From NCBI GenBank assembly GCA_965249725.1, contig CBDFMQ010000002.1:2720001-2784000 (forward strand): 64,000 nt of DNA. Reading direction: 5' to 3'. Below the pieces are notes generated by a model. It did not search any database, was not told the DNA's origin, and saw only the letters and a list, made by a program, of their open reading frames with translations. Positions 51,368 through 60,857 of this stretch are shown piece by piece. The position numbers were made by a program, and so were the translations under genes. The stretch comes from Longimicrobiales bacterium. GTDB lineage: Bacteria > Gemmatimonadota > Gemmatimonadetes > Longimicrobiales > Gaopeijiaceae. Positions within the stretch are counted from its first letter, which is position 1; each line of letters starts with the position of its first letter.

Positions 51368-52116
51368 CAGTCTGCTTCCTTCCGTTCGAGACCCTCCCAC
51401 TTTTCTCGTCGTACACGGAGCAGACCGCGAAGGGTTCGAATCGCCCGGAATCTGGAAGGGCGCTGTCGGGCGTCGTACCGCAGATCGAACGGGGCCTCGG
51501 TGATCCGCCGAGCGAAGGGAGCCACGATGCCCAAGAGCTCGAGATTGGCCGCCCAACCGTGGCTGTTCAGCAGTGGCCCCGGTCGATCTCGGAGGGCCTT
51601 CTTGAGCACGACCAGTCGATAGGCGCGGAAGCCGCAAAGCGGATCGGACACCGGAGCGCCCGCAAACGCCCTCCCGAGAACCAGAGGGGCAATCCACCTC
51701 GCCACCTTGACGGGGTGCGGGATCGGTCGACCGTTCTCCTCGACGCTTCCAGCCACGACATCGGCACCGCCCTCGAACGCCTTGATGAGTGGCACGATGT
51801 GGTCGGGGCTCTCCGTAAAGTCCCCCTGAAGCACGATCGCCGCGTCTCGCTTGGGATAGCTGGTCCGATCCAGGGCCTCACGGAGCAGTCGTTCGACCGC
51901 ACGGGAATACCCGACCCGCTGGTCCTCTCGTAGGACGTGCACCGGCAGCACCTTACGGTACCGGGCCAGCACCTCCTGCGTCTCGTCCGACGAGCCATCG
52001 TCGAGGCCCAGGACCTCATACTCCCGTCCGAACTCCAGCATCACCTTTCGGATCTTCCAAAGAAGAACGCCGATGGTTCGGCCTTCGTTGTGCGCGGGAA
52101 TGCAGAGGTAGATCAA
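51367..52116 (-). CDS. GT2 glycosyltransferase
   Basis: IPAHNE, DDGSSD.T, DP.CGFRAY. Confidence 0.85.
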   Translation of the reverse strand: MIYLCIPAHNEGRTIGVLLWKIRKVMLEFGREYEVLGLDDGSSDETQEVLARYRKVLPVHVLREDQRVGYSRAVERLLREALDRTSYPKRDAAIVLQGDFTESPDHIVPLIKAFEGGADVVAGSVEENGRPIPHPVKVARWIAPLVLGRAFAGAPVSDPLCGFRAYRLVVLKKALRDRPGPLLNSHGWAANLELLGIVAPFARRITEAPFDLRYDARQRPSRFRAIRTLRGLLRVRREKWEGLERKEAD

Positions 52117-52179
52117 CGGCTCACACCATTAGGAGGTCCGGTCCGGCTTACGAGGCGGAAATCTAATACAGAAGCCCGG

Positions 52180-53076
52180 TCAGCGCGGCTCCGGAGACGG
52201 TCGCGTCTTCCACCGGCGGTGCTGCCAGAAGTACTGCTCGGGCGCCTCCTTGATGCGTTGCTCCAGGAGCGAGGTGTAGCGCTGAGTGAGATCGACGATG
52301 GCCTCTTCGACCGGCACGTCACGACGAACATCCACCCTTTCGGCCCTGACCTTGTAGCGCGAAGGCCAGCCCGGGAGGCGCACTGCGGTTCCGAGAAAGA
52401 CCGGCGCACCGCTGCGCAGAGCGAAAAGAGCCGGTCCCCTGGGGGTCGCCGCGGCACTACCGAAGAAGTCCACGAAGACTCCCCGCCTACGAATGTTCTG
52501 ATCTGAGACGAAGGCAGCGACCCGCCCGTCCGAAAGCGATCGGAGCGCGAGTCGGAACGCGTCGTTCTTGACGATCACGTTGAGTCCCAATCGGGCCCGG
52601 GTTTCGACGAGGTATCGATCGAAGAGCGGGTTCTTCTGGCGGTGCGCCACTACGTCCATAGGCACGCCCCTGGCGGCTGCAGACGCTCCGGCGATCTCCC
52701 AGTTGCCCAGGTGGCCCGAGACGACCACGGCGCCCGCTCCCTTCTCCACCGCGTCACGGAACTCCTCGAAGCCCTCCATGTCGGTCCTTCGGAGCACCTC
52801 TTGGGAGTCCATGCGAGAGAGGCGGAAGGTCATGGCGGCCTCCCTGGCGAAGTGACGGTAGCTGTCCCGGGCCACGCGCCGCCTCCAGCGCGTGGTCCGC
52901 TCGGGAAACGCCAGGGCGAGGTGCCGATCCACGTCGGTCCTCCTGATGCGAAAGACGACTCCGCCGAGCCACCCGAGGCCCGCACAGAGGCCGAGGGCGA
53001 GCCTCTCCGGGGGCACGCCGATCATCCAGGCAAGCGTCCGAAACGCCGCATACTCCACACGGTACCGGAAAGACAC
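52180..53076 (-). CDS. lpxL: Lipid A late acyltransferase (LpxL/HtrB family)
   Basis: SGHLGNWE, DQ, VDFFG, PEQYFWQHRRWK. Confidence 0.85.
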   Translation of the reverse strand: MSFRYRVEYAAFRTLAWMIGVPPERLALGLCAGLGWLGGVVFRIRRTDVDRHLALAFPERTTRWRRRVARDSYRHFAREAAMTFRLSRMDSQEVLRRTDMEGFEEFRDAVEKGAGAVVVSGHLGNWEIAGASAAARGVPMDVVAHRQKNPLFDRYLVETRARLGLNVIVKNDAFRLALRSLSDGRVAAFVSDQNIRRRGVFVDFFGSAAATPRGPALFALRSGAPVFLGTAVRLPGWPSRYKVRAERVDVRRDVPVEEAIVDLTQRYTSLLEQRIKEAPEQYFWQHRRWKTRPSPEPR

Positions 53077-53081
53077 GGGGA

Positions 53082-54938
53082 TCAGGCCTCCGCTGATTCG
53101 TCCGGAGCGGGCTCCGAGAACTGAAGCTCGTAGAGGCGTCGATAGAGTCCATCGGTCGCATAGAGCGACTCGTGATCGCCTCGTTCGACGATCTGTCCTT
53201 CGTCGACCACCAGGATGAGGTCGGCCCTCTGGACCGTCGAGAGGCGGTGGGCGATGACCAGCACGGTCCGCCCCACGAGGAGGTGCTCAACCGCCTGCTG
53301 GACCAGCCGCTCCGACTCGGCATCGAGGGCGCTCGTGGCTTCGTCGAAGACCAGGATCGGCGGATCGTTGAGTATCGCCCTGGCGATGGCGACCCGTTGC
53401 CGCTGCCCTCCGGAGAGGCGAGTGCCCCGCTCTCCCACGACCGTGTCGTACGCCTCGGGGAGCGCGACGATAAAGTCGTGCGCGTTCGCCGCCCTCGCCG
53501 CTCGCTCGACCTCTTCCTGGGTCGCCTCCGCCGCACCATAGGCGATATTGGCTCTGACCGTATCATGGAAGAGCACCGTCTCTTGCGAGACGATTCCCAT
53601 CGCCCCCCTCAGGCTCGATATCGTGAGGTCCCGGACGTCGACACCGTCGACCGCCACTCGACCGGCACTGACGTCATAGAACCGTCCCAACAGATCCACG
53701 ATGGTGGTCTTGCCCCCCCCGCTGGGCCCCACGAGAGCGACCACACTGCCCTTCGGTACGTCGAACGAAATCCGTCGAAGCACCGGCTCGTCCGATTCGT
53801 ACTGGAAGTCCACCTCCTCGAAGGCGAGGCCCTCTTGGAGCCCCACCATGGGCTTGGCTCCGGAACGATCCCGGATCTCGACCGGGGCATCGAGGAACTC
53901 GAAGACTCGCTCAGCGCCCGCCAAGCCTGGCTGGACGAGCGCCGGAAACTTGGCGACGTACTTCACAGGGGCGTACAGCTTGAGGCTGAAGGCCAGGAAG
54001 CCTACGAACTGAGCGCCGCTCAACTCGCCCTGAACCACGACCAGGCGAGCCCCATACCAGAGGATCACCACCGTGCCAACCGTCGCCAGCGTCTCGGTGA
54101 GCGGCCCGGCCAGCGCCCGCAGCCTCTCGGTTCTGACGAAGGTCCTGAAGTAGTCACCCGTGAGGCCGTGGAAACGTCCGCGCTCCATCTCCTCGGCAGC
54201 AGACGATTTCACGAGTCGGATGCCGGTCAAGGTCTCCTGAATGTGGGCATTCACATCCCCGGCGAGATCCAACACCCGACGATCACCTCCACGCAAGCGC
54301 TTCACCAGCGGCCCCCAGACGCCCATCGTGCCGGGAATCACGATGAAGGCCGCCAGCGTGAGCTTCCACGACAGAATGGCCATGAACGCCGCGGCGGCCA
54401 GGAACTCGAAGCTCGACGACAGGACCTTCGCGAGTTCCTTGGTGATGAGCTGGCGAACCTGCTCTACGTCGTGCGTGAGCCGCGACGCGATCTGCCCAAC
54501 ACGGGTCCGCCCGAAAAACGCCAGGTCCAACTCCAGGAGATGATCGTACACCTCGTTCCGGAGATCGCGCGTGACCGACTGTTCGGCCCGGGCCACCAGA
54601 TAGGTCCGGCCGAAGTCGAAGATGTTCTTCACAACGAAGATCAGCAGAATCAGCAGGATGATGCCCTGAACCGCCTGGAGGGGATCGCCCTCCACGTCCA
54701 CGATGCGGTAGACCGTCGCATCGAGCATGCGTGTCATCAGGTCCGGATTGGCGGGGGTCGTGCCAGCGGCAGTGCCGGCTCCCGGCGACTGGACGGCGAA
54801 GAGCGTCTCGACGAAGGGAATCAGCAGCAGGAATGCCGACGCGTCGAGCGCCGCAAAGAGGAACGTAGACACCACCGCCGCCAGGAAAACACCGGCATGC
54901 GGTCTCAAGTACGAGAGGATTCGGAGGTAGAGCTTCAC
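53082..54938 (-). CDS. msbA: MsbA-like ABC exporter
   Basis: TM domain, GPSGGGKTT, LSGGQRQR, DEATSALD; LPS gene context. Confidence 0.8.
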   Translation of the reverse strand: MKLYLRILSYLRPHAGVFLAAVVSTFLFAALDASAFLLLIPFVETLFAVQSPGAGTAAGTTPANPDLMTRMLDATVYRIVDVEGDPLQAVQGIILLILLIFVVKNIFDFGRTYLVARAEQSVTRDLRNEVYDHLLELDLAFFGRTRVGQIASRLTHDVEQVRQLITKELAKVLSSSFEFLAAAAFMAILSWKLTLAAFIVIPGTMGVWGPLVKRLRGGDRRVLDLAGDVNAHIQETLTGIRLVKSSAAEEMERGRFHGLTGDYFRTFVRTERLRALAGPLTETLATVGTVVILWYGARLVVVQGELSGAQFVGFLAFSLKLYAPVKYVAKFPALVQPGLAGAERVFEFLDAPVEIRDRSGAKPMVGLQEGLAFEEVDFQYESDEPVLRRISFDVPKGSVVALVGPSGGGKTTIVDLLGRFYDVSAGRVAVDGVDVRDLTISSLRGAMGIVSQETVLFHDTVRANIAYGAAEATQEEVERAARAANAHDFIVALPEAYDTVVGERGTRLSGGQRQRVAIARAILNDPPILVFDEATSALDAESERLVQQAVEHLLVGRTVLVIAHRLSTVQRADLILVVDEGQIVERGDHESLYATDGLYRRLYELQFSEPAPDESAEA

Positions 54939-55007
54939 GAGGTTCGGCCCGTTCGGATCGAGAGCCTCTCGCCCTCTGGATGGTACATATCGGTCATCGA
55001 ACCGGGC

Positions 55008-56600
55008 CTACAGGCCCGTTGGGCTCGGAGGTCCGGTTGGACGCGGTGTGAGTCGTGCGATGGGCACGATCATCTCCTCCGGCGAGATGCCCCCGTGCAG
55101 GAAGGAGTTCCGGTACCGCTGTTGGTACTCCCTCAGTTTCGTCGGATAGACGAAGAAGTAGTCTTCCAGGGCAAGAACGTAGGTCGTACCCAACCTTCCT
55201 TCGGGAAGACGCAGATCCACGTTGTCCGACGTAGAGAACGCCGCAGCCGGATCCTCGGCCCTGAGGTCCTGGCCGAACTTGTAGCGGAGGTTGCTGGTGG
55301 CGTCACGGCGTGCGAACACGGTCGTCGGATGTTGGCACAGAATCGATCCGTGATCGGTGGTCATGATCACCTTGTGACCCGCGGCGGCGGCTTCCTTGAG
55401 GACCGAGAACGCCGTTGACCCCTTGAACCAGGCCCTCGTCAAACCTCGAAGGGCCGCCTCGTCCTTCGCCACCTCCATGAGGATGGGCGATTCGCTTCGG
55501 CCGTGGGTCATGAGGTCCACGAAGTTGAACACCATGGCGATGACGGACCCGGGCTTCTTGAGGGCCGAACGAACCCGACCCCTGACCTGATCACTGCCCC
55601 GATCGGTGAAGATCTTCTCGTAGTGCACCGGCACCTTGCGGCCGGTGATCCGCTCGAGTTGAGCCTCCAGCAGTTCATCCTCGAACGCGTTCAGGCTGCC
55701 CTCGTCGTCGGACCGATCCCACCAACTCGGGCGATCCTTGGCGATCTGATCCGGATACTGTCCGCTGAAGATGGCGTTCCTGGCATAGGGTGTGGCCGTG
55801 GGCAGGATCGAATAGTGGTACGACTCCTCGATCTCGAAGTGTTGTGCTACCAGTGGAGTCATTACGCGCCACTGGTCGAGACGCATGCAGTCGAGCACGA
55901 CCAGGAACACCGGGTCCTCCCCTAGCAACGGCACGAGGTGCTCCCGAACGACATCCACGGAAAGAAGGGGTGATTCACCCTCGCCGCGGAGCCACCGCGG
56001 ATACTCCTTGCCTACCCAGTGACCGAAGTCGGTACGGAGGTCGGTCATTAGGGACTGGACCGTGTCGAGTAGGCCGGCCTCGCCCGCCTCCTCGAGTCGC
56101 ACGTGCCAATCTGTGAGCTCGATGTAGACCTCCGCGAACTCGTCGGCCGTCCGGGCCTCCTGCCGCTTCATGGACAGCCGCCCAAAGCGCGAAGCGAAGT
56201 CTTGGGCGACGCGTTGCTGCCGTATCGATGACCCCTCCAGAATGCGCGTCACAACCGAGAGCACTTGTCGGGGGCTGGTGGGCTTAACCAGGTAGTCCGC
56301 CACCTGCCGACCGATGGCCTCGGTCATGGTGTGGTCCTCCTCAGACTTGGTCACCATCACCACACTCGCGTGCGGATCTTCCCGGCGCAGAATCTCCAGT
56401 ACCTCCAGGCCCCGCCTCCCGGGCATCTGCTCGTCGAGCAGGACGAGGTCGTACGGGTGCTTGCGCATGAGCACGAGCGCGTCGTCCCCGTTGGTAATGG
56501 CGTCGACGTGGTATCCCCGAGCCTGCAGGAACAGGAGGTGGGGCTTGAGGAGGTGGATCTCGTCGTCGACCCACAGGATGCGTTTTCTGGTGGGTTCCAT
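55008..56600 (-). CDS. PorX-like response regulator with PglZ/alkaline-phosphatase domain
   Basis: REC (ILWVDDE, LLDEQMPG, TKSEE) plus LDCMRLDQW, SILPTAT.YARNAIFSG, FVDL..H, TTDHG, HGGIS.EEM. Confidence 0.85.
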   Translation of the reverse strand: MEPTRKRILWVDDEIHLLKPHLLFLQARGYHVDAITNGDDALVLMRKHPYDLVLLDEQMPGRRGLEVLEILRREDPHASVVMVTKSEEDHTMTEAIGRQVADYLVKPTSPRQVLSVVTRILEGSSIRQQRVAQDFASRFGRLSMKRQEARTADEFAEVYIELTDWHVRLEEAGEAGLLDTVQSLMTDLRTDFGHWVGKEYPRWLRGEGESPLLSVDVVREHLVPLLGEDPVFLVVLDCMRLDQWRVMTPLVAQHFEIEESYHYSILPTATPYARNAIFSGQYPDQIAKDRPSWWDRSDDEGSLNAFEDELLEAQLERITGRKVPVHYEKIFTDRGSDQVRGRVRSALKKPGSVIAMVFNFVDLMTHGRSESPILMEVAKDEAALRGLTRAWFKGSTAFSVLKEAAAAGHKVIMTTDHGSILCQHPTTVFARRDATSNLRYKFGQDLRAEDPAAAFSTSDNVDLRLPEGRLGTTYVLALEDYFFVYPTKLREYQQRYRNSFLHGGISPEEMIVPIARLTPRPTGPPSPTGL

Positions 56601-56702
56601 GGCGGAAACCTAAGCCCGGCCCGAAGCCGAAAGAAGGTTCGGACCGAGTTGACCGCTCCCAATCATGATGAATGAGATCGGCCGCACGGGGCCGCGTATC
56701 AC

Positions 56703-57395
56703 CTACATGCTGATCGTGTAGGGGAACCAGGACCCCACAGGCTTCCCGGCCTTCCTCGCCGGGGCAAAGACCCACTCCGACGCCTCTCGCACCAGACGCT
56801 CGTTGAAGTCGCCATCCGACGTAGGCGGCCGGAGCTGCGTAGAGTCCGCGACCACCCGCCCGCTCTCGTTCACGAAGACCCAGACCTCGACCTCTTGGCC
56901 CTTGAGGCTCTTGTTGGCCGGCGGAATGATCATCCCGCGAGGAGAGGGCGGCACCAGTCGGAAGAACCCCTCGGCGGCGTTCCCTCCGTCGCCCCGACCG
57001 TCTCCTTCGGCGAGCCCCGAGCCTTCGTCTCCCGGCCGGTCGCCGAGAATGGACGCCGTCTCGATCTCCTGCTCCATCTCCATTTCCAGCTGCAGGACCG
57101 GTTCGGCGGTAGGCAGCGGGATCTTGGGAGGAATGATGGGACGGGGAGGAGGGATTCTGAGACTGACGGTCTGCATCCCGCCGGAGGCCGCTCGGTTGTC
57201 CCCAGCCCTCGGACCGGCTGCGGCAAAGGAAGATTGGAGCGGGCCTTCGGCCGACCAGAGGAAGAACACCAGCAGGTGAAACGCGACAGACGCCACGGCA
57301 CCGTTCCGCCAATACCTTCGCTCGGCGAAGCGTCTCTCCTCATTGCTGAGAAAGTGGCTGCTGTGCGTGGTCATCTGGAAAACCGGTTCACTCAT
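56703..57395 (-). CDS. TonB-family energy transducer-like protein (start uncertain)
   Basis: TM with SVAFH, Pro-rich linker, V.VFVNESG.V...W.F.PAR..GKPV. Confidence 0.7.
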   Translation of the reverse strand: MSEPVFQMTTHSSHFLSNEERRFAERRYWRNGAVASVAFHLLVFFLWSAEGPLQSSFAAAGPRAGDNRAASGGMQTVSLRIPPPRPIIPPKIPLPTAEPVLQLEMEMEQEIETASILGDRPGDEGSGLAEGDGRGDGGNAAEGFFRLVPPSPRGMIIPPANKSLKGQEVEVWVFVNESGRVVADSTQLRPPTSDGDFNERLVREASEWVFAPARKAGKPVGSWFPYTISM

Positions 57396-57559
57396 TCCGA
57401 AGACATCCGGGAGACCAAGGGGGTCACCGCAAGGTGACACCCAAGGGGTCATCTATATGTACTGCCCTACCCGTGCTCGGGTTTCGCCCACGGCTACCCA
57501 ACGCGTAGCCTAACAGCCAAGATCCCGCACTTCGCAAGTCCAGGAGACGGCAGACGGCC

Positions 57560-58933
57560 ATGAGTATACCTGATACTACAGCCCCAGGTTCGCGGGAGTC
57601 GTGGGGCAGTCGTTTCGGCTTCATCATGGCTACCGCAGGCTTCGCGGTCGGGCTCGGTAACATATGGCGCTTCCCCTACGTGACAGGAAGTAACGGCGGC
57701 GGCGCCTTTCTGCTGGTCTACGTGGCGTTCTGCATCCTCATCGGCATCCCGCTGCTCACAGCCGAAATCGGGCTCGGACGAAAGGTCCGGCTCACGTCCC
57801 CGGCCGGCATGAGGAAGGTGACCGGCAGCGCCGTCCACCCGTGGAACGCGATCGGTTGGATGGGTACCGCAACCGCCACCATCATCATGGGCTACTACCT
57901 GATGCTTCTCGGGTGGATCGCCGGATACCTGGTGATGGCCATCTCGGGAGACCTCGCCGTGCCCCCCGAGGGGGGGTACGAGGGGCTCTACGTGGGGTTC
58001 GTCTCGCGACCCGGCGTCGTCCTGGCCTATACCGCCGTCGTCACCACCGCGATGTGTGCCATCGTGTGGATGGGTGTTCAAAAGGGTGTGGAGCGCCTGG
58101 CCCAAATCGGTATGCCCCTGTTCTTCCTGATCCTGCTTGCACTCGCCGTCCGCTCGTTGACCTTTCCGGGCGCCGCCGAGGGGCTGACCTGGTATCTCCG
58201 TCCCGACTTCTCGGCTCTGGACGGCGAAGCGGTGCTCATCGCCCTGGGTCAGGCCTTCTACTCCATCGGGATCGGCATGGCAGCGGCTTTCGGCTTCGGC
58301 AGCTACCTGGACCCCGACCGCAGTGACGTGCCCGGCAGCGCAGCCATCGTCGTGGCCTTCGACACGTTGGTCGCATTCATCGCGGGCCTAGTACTCTTCC
58401 CCGCTCTCTTTGCGTTCGGCCTGGAGCCGGACGCGGGGCCCGGACTGTTATTCGTGACGATGGCCAACCTGTTCGGCCGCATGCCGGCCGGTCAGGTACT
58501 CAGCATCGGCTTCTTCCTCCTGCTGCTCCTTGCAGGGGTGACGTCGGCGGTGGCTCAACTCGAGGTGTTGGTGGCGACCCTGGGCGACTCCTGGAGCATC
58601 GGTCGCAAGAAGGGTGTGCTCCTGGTCGGAAGCGGCCTGTTCCTACTCAACGTTCCGGTTGTGCTGTCCCAAGGACCGTGGTCGCAGGTCCGGGTGTTCG
58701 GAATGGATCTATTCGTGCTGACGGACTATCTGTCGGGAAGCCTACTTCTCCCGATCGGTGCTCTGGCGTTGGCCCTTTATGTGGCCCTGTCTTGGGGATG
58801 GCGGGGGTTCCAAGACGACATGAATCTGGGGGCCGGAGCGGTCAAGGTCGGCGCGAGCTGGAAGCCCTTCGTCATGGTCCTCATTCCGATCGCGGTGGCG
58901 ATGATCCTGCTCGTGGGCCTGGGCGTGGTCTAG
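57560..58933 (+). CDS. Sodium-dependent transporter (NSS/SNF family)
   Basis: RESWGSRFGF, AVGLGNIWRFPY, GGGAF, GPGLLF. Confidence 0.93.
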   Translation: MSIPDTTAPGSRESWGSRFGFIMATAGFAVGLGNIWRFPYVTGSNGGGAFLLVYVAFCILIGIPLLTAEIGLGRKVRLTSPAGMRKVTGSAVHPWNAIGWMGTATATIIMGYYLMLLGWIAGYLVMAISGDLAVPPEGGYEGLYVGFVSRPGVVLAYTAVVTTAMCAIVWMGVQKGVERLAQIGMPLFFLILLALAVRSLTFPGAAEGLTWYLRPDFSALDGEAVLIALGQAFYSIGIGMAAAFGFGSYLDPDRSDVPGSAAIVVAFDTLVAFIAGLVLFPALFAFGLEPDAGPGLLFVTMANLFGRMPAGQVLSIGFFLLLLLAGVTSAVAQLEVLVATLGDSWSIGRKKGVLLVGSGLFLLNVPVVLSQGPWSQVRVFGMDLFVLTDYLSGSLLLPIGALALALYVALSWGWRGFQDDMNLGAGAVKVGASWKPFVMVLIPIAVAMILLVGLGVV

Positions 58934-59007
58934 CGCTTGCTCCCCCCCTCCCCTTTGGACAAGTTCGTTCCTCCGTGTGCAGAACCCGCCTCAGTATGAG
59001 CTGAACG

Positions 59008-59829
59008 ATGACAGACACCACGCAGAACGTACCCAGGGGCCTTCGTCCCGACCTCCCCAAGCGGCCCGCCATCGAAGGAGACGCGTGGGAGAAGATCCAG
59101 GCCGCCCAGGAGAAGATGAAGGAGCGGGAGTACGTGCGTTTTTCGGTGTTCCGCGTGGATCCCGCCTGGCGCAGGCTTCCGACGGAGGAACGTGAGCGTC
59201 ACAAAGACGAGTTCGAGTCGGTCATCGCCGACCGCGTCACCGCCATGATGATCTACTCGTACGGCTTGGTCGGGACTCGGGGTGATGCCGACTTCATTCT
59301 GTGGCAGGCCGGGCGTGAACTAGACCGGCTCCACGAGCTGGCAGCGGCCATCAACCACACCGCCCTCGCAGGATACCTGTCGCTCTCCCACTCGTATTTC
59401 GCGATGACCAAGCGGTCCATCTATTTGAACCGTTACGAGGACGAGTACATCGCTGCCTACGGCGGCATGGACGTGGTCGACCGCTCCCGTGTCGCCCTCA
59501 ACCCCCAGGGGTCCAAGTACCTGTTCGTCTATCCGATGGCGAAGACTCGGGAGTGGTACAAGCTCTCGCACGAAGATCGTCAGCGGATGATGGACGAACA
59601 CATTCGGATCGGTCATCAGTGGCCCGACGTGAAGCTCAACACCACCTATTCCTACGGACTGGACGATCAGGAATTCGTGGTGGCGTTCGAGGCGGATCAT
59701 CCGGGGCGCTTCGTCGATCTGCTCATGGCGTTGCGCCTCAGCGAATCGTCGTCGTACACCCTCTTCGACGTGCCCGCCTTTACCGGCCTCGCCATGTCCA
59801 TGCATGACACTCTGGATTCGCTGGGCTGA
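59008..59829 (+). CDS. chdC: Chlorite dismutase-family protein, probably coproheme decarboxylase
   Basis: YPMAK, WY, MDEH, YSYGLDDQEF; Leu at the distal-Arg position by eye; adjacent to cyoE. Confidence 0.7.
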   Translation: MTDTTQNVPRGLRPDLPKRPAIEGDAWEKIQAAQEKMKEREYVRFSVFRVDPAWRRLPTEERERHKDEFESVIADRVTAMMIYSYGLVGTRGDADFILWQAGRELDRLHELAAAINHTALAGYLSLSHSYFAMTKRSIYLNRYEDEYIAAYGGMDVVDRSRVALNPQGSKYLFVYPMAKTREWYKLSHEDRQRMMDEHIRIGHQWPDVKLNTTYSYGLDDQEFVVAFEADHPGRFVDLLMALRLSESSSYTLFDVPAFTGLAMSMHDTLDSLG

Positions 59830-59841
59830 GGCGCTGAACCC

Positions 59842-60834
59842 GTGGGTATACAACCCGACTCAGAGCCTCTCGTGACCGAGGAGATCAACGAGGAGATCGA
59901 AGAGCCGACGGCAGCGGCCCCAGGTGGACAGCCGGGTTCGGGTGGGCCGGAGGCTTCAGGTGCGCAGCCGGCCTCGAGCAAGGCCCGGGCACTCTATGAA
60001 CTCACGAAGCCCGGCATTGCCGGTTACGTGATGATCACCGCCGGCGTGAGCTACTACGTCGCCGCCCGAGGTCAGGCCGAGTTCCTTCCCGTGACCCACA
60101 CGCTGGTAGGGGTCGCTCTCGGGACCGCCGGGGCTCTGGCGCTGAACCAGTACGTCGAGCGCGAGGTGGACGGGATCATGAAGCGTACGCAGACGCGTCC
60201 ACTTCCCTCGGGCCGACTCGCACCCCTCGAGGCGTTGGCCTTCGGTTGGGGGCTGCTGCTGGTGGGCCTGATCTACTTGGGCCTGACGGTGGGATGGCTC
60301 CCGTCCGTGCTCACGGCCGCCTCGGCGGCAGCGTACATCCTGGCCTACACGCCACTCAAGACGCGCTCCTACCTGGCCACCCTCGTGGGCGCCGTGCCGG
60401 GAGCCTTCCCGACTCTGATCGGTTGGAGCGCGGCCACCGGCACCGTGGAGTTCGGGGGCGTCGTGCTCTTCTGCATCGCGTTCCTGTGGCAACTCCCGCA
60501 CGTGTTGGGTCTGGCTTGGCTCTTACGTGAGGACTATGCCCGGGTAGGCTTCTTCCTCAGCCCTCCCACGGATCCCAAGGGGGTTCGTATCGGCAAGCAC
60601 ATGGTGTACCACTCGGTCTCTCTCCTCATGATCAGCGCACTGCCTACTTTCCTGGGGATGACCGGATGGATCTACCTGGCCGGAGCCGTCGTCCTGGGAC
60701 TGATCACGTTGGGTTTTTCCGTGGCAGCGGCCGTCGAGATGTCACGTACCCGGGCTCGCAAAGTCTTTCTCTGGTCTCTGATCTATCAGCCGGCGCTTCT
60801 GACCCTGCTTCTGATAGACACCGTCCGCATCTGA
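59842..60834 (+). CDS. cyoE: Heme o synthase (protoheme IX farnesyltransferase)
   Basis: LTKP, NQYVEREVD..M.RT..RPLPSG, YTPLK, LWQLPH, EDY. Confidence 0.92.
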   Translation: MGIQPDSEPLVTEEINEEIEEPTAAAPGGQPGSGGPEASGAQPASSKARALYELTKPGIAGYVMITAGVSYYVAARGQAEFLPVTHTLVGVALGTAGALALNQYVEREVDGIMKRTQTRPLPSGRLAPLEALAFGWGLLLVGLIYLGLTVGWLPSVLTAASAAAYILAYTPLKTRSYLATLVGAVPGAFPTLIGWSAATGTVEFGGVVLFCIAFLWQLPHVLGLAWLLREDYARVGFFLSPPTDPKGVRIGKHMVYHSVSLLMISALPTFLGMTGWIYLAGAVVLGLITLGFSVAAAVEMSRTRARKVFLWSLIYQPALLTLLLIDTVRI

Positions 60835-60857
60835 CAATCAGGACATGGAGCGCAGTC

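Noticed and set aside
53172..55418. 748-aa + strand ORF
   Set aside because: Antisense shadow of msbA and the PorX-like gene
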